From Schmidtea polychroa (taxonomy: Eukaryota): DNA of 64,000 nucleotides. This document shows, piece by piece, positions 1 to 10,627 of the stretch (positions are counted from its first letter, which is position 1; every line of letters begins with the position of its first letter). The position numbers were made by a program, and so were the translations under genes. The notes below the pieces were generated by a model that saw only the letters and a list, made by a program, of their open reading frames with translations, searched no databases and was not told the DNA's origin. The stretch spans positions 4,900,001 to 4,964,000 of the forward strand of contig CM097885.1 of the NCBI GenBank assembly GCA_044892525.1. Reading direction: 5' to 3'.

Positions 1-41
1 TTTTTAAATTAATTAGAAACCTTGTGGTAACAGTTATGACA

Positions 42-78
<37 letters not shown>

Positions 79-1084
79 ATTCTTATGAATATTTATCTCT
101 CCCTTATTATGTGACTAAATTTCCTTTTTTTTTGATTGTCAACGGATCGATTTGGGTGCATAGAAATTATTTGTTTGGCTAATTCATTCCGGGAGATTAT
201 CAAGGATAATTCTGTGTATTGGGGGAAATTGGGATAAATCCTACAAGGAGAGAGACGACAAGAAATATCGATCACAACTGCTGGAAACGGTTCATTAACT
301 CCGTTTCAACAAATACTAGAATGAAACCTGACCGTAATCCAATAGAAGGGCAAATATTTAACACTGCTCAGTGTGAGAAATTGTTTTTCTCTGCCTTAGA
401 TGTGCCAATTGAGCTTGCAATTCTATTTTTATTGTTTTCCATTCCGTCAATTAAAATTTAATATTCAACTTTTGGCATAGTTTTGTTTCCTATCTGATTT
501 CTGGTAACCGTGCTATTATTATGTGCAAACGCATTTTCAAGTTCCTCATTGTTCTGTCTATGTACCTCACAGTTCGCCACTTACAGAATAATTAATGGAA
601 TCAAATGAGCCAATTTAACTCAGTATGAATTTGTTAGCGAGTGTCTCGCCTCACTAATCTCCAATATTAACAATTGTAGGTAATAATAACCTTGCAATGA
701 ATACGACAACATGTTTATTACCCCATAAATTAAACTGATTATAATTTGAGGATGGAATAATTCACAGGAATTTTGCAGAAAAGGGGGGGGGATTTTTTAA
801 CATTTGATTAGAAGGTAGTTAGGAGCCCACTGCAACAATTACCCCCCCCCCTAGAAAAAAAAATTGTTGCGACTCACATTTTTTGTTGCAACTTTTTATT
901 ACGCAATTGTTCCACACTATAGTGAGGGGGTCTCGATGGTCCTGGGATTTTCAATACAAAAAAATTTGAAAATTTAAATGGAAATTTTTTTTTTAAGTTA
1001 ATTTTAAATGTAAAATTTTTTAAATACAAATTTCAAAGTTAATTTCAATGAAATATTTTTCAAAGTCAAATGAAAATTTTAATG

Positions 1085-1146
<62 letters not shown>

Positions 1147-2276
1147 TAATAATAATGTAATAATAATAATCATGTAATAATCATGTATTTTTAACTAGGT
1201 GCTAACAAATAAATAAATACTTACAACATGATACCACATACTAACTAAATCTCAATCAACCAAGTACTAACAACCAACTAAATCTTCTTCATTGTATCTT
1301 ATGAAATGCTTTTTAAATTAACTTTTTATATGTCTTCAAAAATATGTTTAATTACAATTAATAGAAAACCTTTTCAAAATGTCTAAATTTAACAAAAATG
1401 TTGATTTTCATCAAAAAATGAATAATTGTCAACTCATCACCACATGGAATTCAAAATAATTTAAATTACAATGAAAGACTAATGAATTCTAATTTACAAA
1501 ACATTCTTCTTTTAATTGATAACTTATTATTGCAAAGTAAAAATCACATTCAATAAATACTTATTGTTGATCAGTTTTATTATATATACTCTGAGTTTAT
1601 CCGACAGGATGTTTTGACCCCCTAAGGGTACTGGTCGTAAGGGTATTAGTCGTAAAGGTACTATTCGTAAAGGTATTAGTCGTAAGTATACTGGTTAATT
1701 AACTTAAAAAATATTTCATAAAAATTTTCATTAAAAATTATCTTAAAAATTATTCCATAAAAATTTCTATTAAAAAATTTTTCATTAAAATTAACTTAAA
1801 AAATTTTACATTTAAAATTAACTTAAAAAAAATTTCCATTTAAATTTTCATTAAGTTTTTTTCAATCTTTTGATAATAAATTTAAAAATCTTAGTTTAAT
1901 TTTACTTTAATTTACTTTAATTTACTCATTTAGCTTTAATTTAAAATTTAAACCATTGTTTTCTTTAATTTAATTTTTTGAACCTTAATTTACTAATTTA
2001 AAATTTTTAATTTTAATTTACTTAATTTTTCTTTATTACTTTAATTTTACACCATAATTTACTTAACAACTAATTATAACCCTTTTTTACATATTTAACC
2101 AATAATTTCATGTGGTCATTGATTAATTGACGAAGATTTGCATCTAAAATTAACATTGGAAATCCCAGAAAACTTTCATCTTAAATTGACTTTAACTTTA
2201 ATATTTTAGACCATTAATTACTTAAATTTTTAAATTAGACATTAATTTACTTATTTAACCAATAATTTCATGTGGT

Positions 2277-3130
2277 CATCTGGTTGTAAGTATCTAGTTA
2301 ACAGTGCTTAGTACTAGGTATCTTGTCCTTGGTTGTTAGTACTTGGTTGATGATGATTAGTACCTGGTTGTTGACGGTTGTGAGTACTTGGTATCTAGTT
2401 GTTAGTTGGTTGTCTTTGGTTGTTAGTACTTAGTAGTTGGTTGATAATGCTTAGTACCTGGTTGATGTTGATTGTATGTACTTGGTAGGTGGTAGTTAGT
2501 TGTTAGTAACTAGTTGTAGGTTGTATGTACTTGGTAGGTGGTTGTTGGTACTAAGTTGTTGGTTGTTGTTGGTTGTTAGTACTTGGTAGGTGGTTGTAGG
2601 TACTTGGTTGATAATGCTTAGTACCTGGTTGTTTTCGGTTGTGAGTAGTTGGTATCAGGTAACTGGTTGTAAGTATCTGGTTGTTTGAGAGTTAGTTAGT
2701 GCGTGGTATCTAGTTGTAAGTACTTGGTAGCATGTAACTGGTTGTTAGTATCTAGTTGTAGGTATCTGGTTGATGTTGGTTGTATGTACTTGGTAACAGG
2801 TAACATGTTGTTAGTACTTGGTATCAGGTAACATGTTGTAAGTACTTGGTAGCAGGTAACTGGTTGTTAGTAACTAGTTGTAAGTACTTAGTAGCAGGTA
2901 GCTAGTTGTTAGCTGATTGTTTTTGGTTGTTAGTACTTGGTATCTAGTACCTAGTTAGCTGGTTGTAGCTAGTTAATGGGTAGGTGGTAGCTAGTTGTTA
3001 GCTGGTTGTAGCTAGTTAATGGGTAAGTGGTTGTAGGTACTTAGTAGTTGGTAACTGGTTGTTGGTATCTAGTTGTTAATACATGTTCGTAAGTTACTGG
3101 TTGTTGGTACTAAGTTGTTGGTTTGTTGTT
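2277..3130 (+). repeat. Degenerate TG-rich, strand-asymmetric tandem array inside the Polinton-like element
   Basis: Recurrent TGGTTGT(T/A)AGTACTTGGTA-like units; an inverted copy of part of it lies at ~1195-1285. Confidence 0.8.
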
Positions 3131-3399
3131 GAATTATTATTAAAATTTGTCTTTGAAAAATATTTTATAAAAATTTTCATGAAAAATTATCTTAAAAATT
3201 TCCATCTAAAATTATCATTGAAAATTATTCCATTAAAATTTCCATTAAAAATTACCATTGAAAAATATTTCATAAAAATTTCCATTAAAAATTATCTTAA
3301 AAATTATTCTATTAAAATTTCCATTAAAAAATATTCATAAAAAATTTTCATTAAAAAATTTCAATTCTCAAACACCTTCTATTATTTTGTAATTAAATT

Positions 3400-4240
3400 T
3401 TAAAATCTTACTTTAATTTACTTATTTAAAATTTTTTACCATTGATTACTTAATTTAAAAATTATTACTTTAATTTACTTATTTAAAATTTTTTACCATT
3501 GATTACTTAATTTAAAATTTGGACCTTAATTAACTTTAATTTAATTTTTAGAACCTTAATTTACTTTAATTTAAAAATTTGGACCATTATTTACTGTAAT
3601 TTAATTTTTAAGAACCATAATTTACTGTAATTTAAAAATTTGAGCCATAATTTACTGTAATTTAATTTTTTAGGACCATAATTTACTGTAATTCAAAAAT
3701 TTGGACCATTATTTACTGTAATTGAAAAATTTACCACGCTTTTTTTTAGTGTAGACCACCTTTTTCTATTGAAATTCTCAGGACCAAGGAGACCCACCTT
3801 AATTTACTTTGAATATTCTATGCTTTTTTATTGAGACCGCCTTTTTGTATTGAAAATATCCTGAGACCTTAAATTACCATGCTTTTTTATTGAAGACTGC
3901 CTTTTTCTATTGAAATTCTCAGGACCAAGGAGACCCACCTTAATTTAATTCGAAAAATCCATGCTTTTTATTGATAGTCGGATTTTTGTATTGAAAAATT
4001 TTTTTTTTGTATTGAAAATCCCAGGACCATCGTTTTTGTATTGAAAAAAAATTTTTTGTATTGAAAATCCCCGGACCATCGAGACCCCCTCACTATAGTG
4101 TGAATAATCCTTGGCTTTTTTATTGAAGACCGCCTTTTTGTATTGAAAAAATTTTTTTTTGTATTGAAAATCCCAGGACCATCGTTTTTGTATTGAAAAA
4201 AATTTTTTGTATTGAAAATCCCAGGACCATCGAGACCCCC
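3400..4240 (+). repeat. Subterminal tandem repeats (~32-bp GGACCATAATTTACTGTAATT units, then ~60-120-bp TTTTTGTATTGAAAATCCCAGGACCATCG units)
   Basis: Directly visible repeated units running into the right TIR. Confidence 0.8.
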
Positions 4241-4852
4241 TCACTATAGTGTGGAACAATTGCGTAATAAAAAGTTGCAACAAAAAATGTGAGTTGCAAC
4301 AATTTTTTTTTCTAGGGGGAGGGGGTAATTGTTGCAGTGGGCTCCTAACTACCTACTTTGATTTTATAACATGCATGCGATAATATGCTAATTTCTGTTT
4401 GTTAGGCCTTTCTGTTGATGATTTCACCACGGAATTTATCTTATTTCACAATTGTTGACATTATTTCACATTGATTGTTGATTTGTCTGTCCGGAGGCCG
4501 TTGAATCCCATGCGAGTCTGTATGCGTACGCGAGTATGTGCGAGTGACAATTTCAGATTCATTTTACAGATGTTGCCAATGTATTTCATCCATTATCTTT
4601 TATCCCAGTTGTTCTGCTTTGTTCGAATGTTTCCTACTTGGCAAATATTGGTTTACGCGTGAGTCAATTGCTGCTTGTCGTCGTAGTCGTCGTCTGTCAC
4701 CACAAATAGGAAATTATCCCACTTAATCCCATTATATTTTTTCCATTATTTTAAATATTAATACAAAAAAAAAATTGAGATTGTTAAATAATTTGTTGTT
4801 AATAATTATGTAAAGCATAATAAATAATAAATAATCGATTTTCACACTTAAG

Positions 4853-5077
4853 CATCACAGAAAGAAATTGGAGGGTCGTCGACTAGATTTTGACTGTAAA
4901 AAAAGGAAACAGGAAAAAGGTATGCATGGTTTAATCACTATTGAAAGTGCTCATATTATTATCCATTTTTGGTTAGGAGCTAAGATCCTAGATGAGGAAA
5001 TCAAAACCGCTGAAGATAAATTTGAAGAATCAAAATCTCTTGCTGAGCTGGCCATGACCAACTTTCTAAGTTCTGAA
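4853..5077 (+). CDS. SH3GL: Endophilin-A, BAR-domain exons 4853-4919 and 4977-5077 (upstream exons not found in window)
   Basis: Spliced translation [56 protein letters not shown], the characteristic endophilin-A BAR segment; 57-bp GT-AG intron with correct phase. Confidence 0.93.
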
Positions 5078-5290
5078 GTAAGTTTCTGATTACATTTATT
5101 ATTCAACACATGCAATTTAGAGGGGAATAAAATGTTACCATAATGTCTTTGTAAATACAGATTTTGACTATTTTGGGGTTGATCTTCCGATCTTAAACAT
5201 TTAAATTTACCATTGAATAAAACAAAATTAAAAAAATCCATTTAGTGAAACAATAAAATATATTATTTGCTAATATACAATAAAAATTCC

Positions 5291-6343
5291 GCTGACAGTT
5301 TACTATACGCATCCCATAAAGAAATAATTAATTAATAAATAAATCAATTAAATAATCATTTTATTTTAAACCTTAAAAATGCAAAATTATCCTGACTTAT
5401 ACGCAATTTTTCCAATTAGCTCTGATAAATTGGAATGTATTGAATACTTTCAGAGAAAAAAAACGTTTAAAAAAGTAATTTTAATTGTTTTTGTGGTCAA
5501 CAATTGATTTTAATAAAAAGAAATAATATTACAGATGGATATACTTATAGATGTCCAAGAAAATGCTCTTCCTGCAGTGTAAGGAAAGATTCTTTTTTTT
5601 GAGAAATCAAAGCTGCCACTTTTTACATTGCTTCTTTTGACTTATTTTTGGGTATTGGGGGTGCCTAGCAATAAAATTTTAACAATGTTAAAGTTATCAA
5701 AAAAACTTTGGCAGATTGGAATAATTTCTTTCCAGAAATTTGTTCGACCTCTTTGCTAAATTTAAATAACGATCATCTCATGATTGGGGGAGAAGGAGTA
5801 CTCTTATCTCCATAAAAACCAAATATAACAGAGGTCGGAGATACTGGGAAGTTTGGATGATGGGCGGTATTGACAGAGTTTCAAAAAAATGGTTTGCGAG
5901 AGTTGTCGAAAGAAAAGATCGTGAAACTCTTGTTCCTTTAATCACTAGATTTATAAGACTAGGCTCTATTATTCACTCTGATATGTGGCGTGGATGTTAT
6001 ACCGAAACCTTCAATATCGGAAATTTACCTGGATTAAATTACACACACCATGCTGTTAATCACAAATTGTAATATGTTTACCAAGAAACTGGTGTTCATA
6101 CCAACACTATTGAAGGATTATGGGTAATTTAAAGACTGTTTTAAGAAGTAGAAGAGGAATGCCATTTACCAAAAAATGGCTTTTATTGGTTTTAAAATGT
6201 GGTTATCAAGGCAAAATACAACAGAAAATCATTTATTAGATATGTTTTTGTACGCAATTCCTGCCATAAAATAAATGATTATTTAATTGATTTATTTATT
6301 ATTTAATTATTTTTTTTTGGGATGCGTATAGTAAACCGTCGCC
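5291..6343 (+). mobile_element. Merlin (IS1595-like) DNA transposon, degenerate, in endophilin intron
   Basis: ~75-bp imperfect TIRs (GTTTACTATACGCATCCCA...). Transposase pieces KPKYNRGR, WMMGGIDR, GSIIHSDMWRG, HHAVNH, TGVHTNTIEGLW with stops and frameshifts. No TSD seen. Confidence 0.88.
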
Positions 6344-6710
6344 ACAACTAATTTAAATAATGATAAAATTTATAGATATTATATATTATAGCAACTATAG
6401 AAAAACAGAAAAATAAATTTGGATAGAAAAATATAATACACTTCTCACAGCAATCCCAATAATTTTAATAATTACATATTTTAAATAATATTTCTGCACA
6501 TTTCTCTGGAATCTTGGATAAATAAATCTGCTGTAAACGCCGGTTTCGATTGAAAGGATTATTTGTGTCAAATGATTTGGGAAATTAACGGTACAAGCAT
6601 AACTGTAACACTTGACAAATGATACATATATACGCCCATTCGTTGCACTGCCCATTCTCATACCTTTTTGCATTGTACATATTGTTTCATTTAGTATTTC
6701 ATTTGATTAG

Positions 6711-7031
6711 GTTGAGCACATTCAAGCTCTTCAATCTTTTATCCAATCTCAAATGGAATATCATGCAGAAGCCAACAAGTTATTGCAAGAGCTCAATAAT
6801 CTTCTAACAGTTAAGTAAGTCTTTCTTTTTCGGTAATTTTGTATTTTTGCTTACCAACTTCGAGGAGTGACAAAGCCAAACTCAAACCCAAGCCTCAGCC
6901 AATGCCAAAACGATCAACAAGCAGCAGAAGCCTATACGAAGAAAACCCTGTTAATGATGCTACATTGTCTGGCAACTCTTTGTTTAAATCCAATGCTTCT
7001 CAATATCCAACTTCCAATGGATCACTGAAAG
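6711..7031 (+). CDS. SH3GL: Endophilin-A exons 6711-6814 and 6865-7031 (BAR end and linker)
   Basis: VEHIQALQSFIQSQMEYHAEANKLLQELNNLLTVK / SDKAKLKPKPQPMP...; phases consistent with flanking exons. Confidence 0.88.
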
Positions 7032-7114
7032 GTATTATTATATAATTTTAATAATAATATTATTATAAGAACTTTTATTTCTTCCAATTTCACCACTGAT
7101 TATTTCTTCCATTG

Positions 7115-7216
7115 AATTTATCAAAAAGAGAGTTTGAAGACTATAAATCGGTAATATGTCGATGTTTGTCGATATATTACTGATTTATAGTCTTCAAACT
7201 CTCTTTTTGATAAATT
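7115..7216. repeat. ~100-bp near-perfect palindrome, member of a dispersed repeat family
   Basis: AATTTATCAAAAAGAGAGTTTGAAGACTATAAATC...GATTTATAGTCTTCAAACTCTCTTTTTGATAAATT. Confidence 0.9.
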
Positions 7217-7344
7217 AATAATAATAATCATTATTATTATTAGTATAAAGTAATGATTTCTTGATAGCAGCATTTATTATTTTAAACAATAAAGTGATAA
7301 TTTAAGCCTTTTGCTGCAAATAATGTATTTAATGAAAAACATTT

Positions 7345-8050
7345 TTGAAAGCGTATTTGAATAACCATCCAAAAGAATTTATCTACGAGATACAAAGACA
7401 AGCTTTCATGACAACAGAAGCACATTATTCCCTGCGATTTGACAAAAGAAACAAACACCTTTTGAGAAAAAAGGACCTCAAAGCAGGCCTTGGTACGAAC
7501 AATGAAACACTCGACGGAAACGAAAGCATTACAGTGAATAGAGAAAGCAAAGGATTGGTAATCAACCTCACAAATTGTCTATCCGAATGTGAGAAAGGAT
7601 TACTTTCACTAGGACCAGAGTTCAGTATAAACAGAGAAATAGATGAAACAGCCATCCTCAATTTTAAAACAGCTCTTTGTCGCATTGCGTACCAAATCAA
7701 ATGGAACAATACAATACCTCATGAAAATGAAAATAGCGAAAACCCAGTATACATAAACACAGATAAACTCTATCAATCAAATACTGATGCAGAATTAGAT
7801 TCAACACTTTCGAAGGTTTGCCACAAAATCATGGAGATAGTTAAGAAGGAAAGAAGAAAACCATATCTCTCAAACCTAAGATGAACAAGAAATATTAAAA
7901 TCCCTTAAAAAGAAACGATACGTTTACTTACCAAGTGACAGGGGGGGATTTTCCATTTTAGATAAAAATCGTTACTGTGAAGCTGGTTACGAACACCTCG
8001 GCAACATCGAAACATACAAGAAAGTCAGCCGCGTGTCACCAAACACCATC
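7345..8050 (+). mobile_element. Penelope-like retroelement ORF fragment (region N-terminal to RT)
   Basis: LVINLTNCLSECEKGLLSLGPEF ... SNL ... LPSDRG ... ILDKNRY...HLGNIETYKK resembles the PLE pre-RT motifs (VINLS..LS..E..LL..G..F; DKG..VILD...Y....L...TY); frameshifted. Confidence 0.7.
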
Positions 8051-8054
8051 GAAA

Positions 8055-8131
8055 TTTTATTATTATTATCACTTATTATTTTTATTATTATTATAATTAT
8101 TTATTATTTTTATTATTATTATTTATTATTA

Positions 8132-8170
<39 letters not shown>

Positions 8171-8172
8171 TA

Positions 8173-8219
<47 letters not shown>

Positions 8220-8358
8220 TTTATTACTATTATTATTTCTATTATTTTCATTATTATTATAATTATTTATTTTTATTATTATTATAATTATTTATTTTTA
8301 TTATTATTATAATTATTTATTATTTTTATTATTATTATTAATATTATTATTATTATTA

Positions 8359-8443
<85 letters not shown>

Positions 8444-8460
8444 ATTATTAATATTATTAA
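8055..8460. repeat. (ATT)n microsatellite tract
   Basis: Direct; it explains the poly-I/L/Y/N spurious ORFs. Confidence 0.97.
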
Positions 8461-9149
8461 TATAGTATTTTTCCACTTATTTTATTTATAGTAATTGCTC
8501 ATTTTATTAATTATTTATACTCATTATTCTTATAATTACAATCCTATCCACTATATGGCTATTGAAATTTCTCTCTGATCGAGCCCAACCCCAAAGATGT
8601 TCTAGACTCTTATTGTTTGTATGATTAAACGTGGGGTTTTGTTTATATTGTTAATAAATAGCGATGAATTGGAAATAATTCAAATAATAAATAAATATCA
8701 GGAGTCCGGGAATATAAAATCCTTTTTAATGAAAGGTAGAAATTTAAAATTGAATATATTTTATGCTTAATTAATTATATAATCGCCACCGTCACTAATC
8801 AAGGCTTTCCATTTGGAAACCCATATATACAATGACATCCTTATGTATAAAATGAATTTTTATTTATTTATTTAATATTATCCCTTGAAACATAATCTAA
8901 TATACATGGGGTTCTATTCTTTTTATTTCCATCAAGAACATTCTTAAGTTTGTAAATCAGTGTCATGTTTTTGGATCATTTTCTAATAAATTACTCTAAT
9001 TTTTAAAACCTTTTGGATTCTTTGCCTTGCCTATCATCAATGGGTTGTTATTCGTTCTTTTGAGAATTTCCCGCTTACATGGTCTCCTTGCATCACCAAC
9101 GTTCTCGACGGGTTTATATTGCTTTAGTGTACTTTCATAGGTTGTTGTG

Positions 9150-9611
9150 AATTTATCAATGTCATTATCATTTACTAATCCAGCCTCCCCAGATATTTAT
9201 TTACTAGTCATATTGTGACGTTTATTAAAACTTTCCATCTAACCATATGAAGCTTTTTTTTACGTTGAAACGCTGGGAAAGTTCTAATGCCATCTCCTGT
9301 ATATTTATATTCTCGATTGTAGTCAATCCTCATCTTTTCATGCAAAACCATTCGTATAATTTTTGATCAATTACCATCGTTTTGAATTTAGTCTTAATCG
9401 TTTTCGTCCTATTTCTTTCTTCATTATTCTTTGTTAAATCCTGATGTAACATGATCAAGTTTATACTGCTTAATGCAAGTTTAAAATGTGAAGATAATTT
9501 ATCTGGATGTGATTCTGCATGAGCTATAAGATCTTTCTTTTGTTGAATAGTTAATCTTCCTCTTTTGTTCGTTTGATCTTTCTTATTTTCAAATTCTCGA
9601 TTCGTTATCAA
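9150..9611 (-). mobile_element. Tigger/pogo (CENP-B-like) transposase N-terminal relic
   Basis: RGRLTIQQKKDLIAHAESHP...IDQKLYEWFCMKR, then ASYG...FNKRHNM...ISGEA (HTH_psq and HTH_Tnp_Tc5-like); disrupted. Confidence 0.7.
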
Positions 9612-10170
9612 TATGGGTAAATTTTAAAAATTAATGAATATAAACAATAATAAAAATAAAATAAAATTTTATTCATATAAATAGTAATGTCCACTATTGA
9701 AATCTACTATTGAATCTCCTGATTTCCCCACCATTGATAAATAGGAATAATGACAGTATCAAGGATGAAAGCGAAAAGGTGAGTGGAAAGGCCTGAATTG
9801 ATACATTACCATAACGATGGAAAGTCAATGCAAGATCTATCAAATGCTTGTCATCAACATGAGAGCGACGTCCAGACAAATTCATGAAGAATATGATCCC
9901 TTTTTATAGTTACGTGGCAATTAGTTTATTTGGGTTTAATCAGCTAAATAATAGCTAATTAATTAATAGAGATTTATTTTCATTTGCAGTAGACATAAAC
10001 ACGTATAAATAGCAATGAGGATTACATCACATAGAGATGTCATTACCTTCAGCTACCCCCTAATAATTGTAAGCACTTGATAACAGATTCTATGCCTTGC
10101 TAGTGAGAAGGTCAATGCTATGTATCAAATGAGGATTATAGAGATTTCATGTGAATCCATCTCATTCTAG

Positions 10171-10352
10171 AACCTTGCGCTCGAGGTCTCTTTGATTTCG
10201 AAGCAGAAAATGAAACTGAGCTTTGTTTCAAAGAAGGTGAAATTGTGAAACTTATTCAGCAAGTCGATGAGAATTGGTATGAAGGAGAAATTAATGGTCG
10301 CCAAGGCTATTTTCCTGTGAATTACGTTGAAATTATTGTTCCTCTGAAGTGA
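10171..10352 (+). CDS. SH3GL: Endophilin-A terminal exon (SH3 domain)
   Basis: [60 protein letters not shown]; acceptor TTCTAG at 10170. Confidence 0.95.
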
Positions 10353-10447
10353 GATTATTTGCACTCGAGTGGCGCTGTCTATTCCATCACTGTGATAAAC
10401 CATTTTTATTCCTATCTCTAATACTTCATTTATTGCTATTGTTTTTA

Positions 10448-10627
<180 letters not shown>

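Larger units (their letters stand above)
810..4357. mobile_element. Non-autonomous Polinton/Maverick-like element (TIRs ~810-967 and ~4200-4357, 6-bp TSD TTGATT)
   Basis: Left end AGAAGGTAGTTAGGAGCCCACTGCAAC matches the reverse complement of the right end (AGTAGGTAGTTAGGAGCCCACTGCAAC) over ~158 bp. TTGATT flanks both sides (804-809, 4358-4363). AG...CT termini with a 6-bp TSD are Polinton hallmarks. No coding capacity inside. Confidence 0.75.

Noticed and set aside
93..560. Short ORFs at window start
   Set aside because: No recognisable domain and no match to expected upstream endophilin exons
2277..3130. Interstitial telomere
   Set aside because: No TTAGGG or other fixed-unit array
4240..4252. 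T7-promoter-like TCACTATAG (vector contamination)
   Set aside because: Only the short CACTATAGTG palindrome of the TIR matches; TAATACGAC is absent
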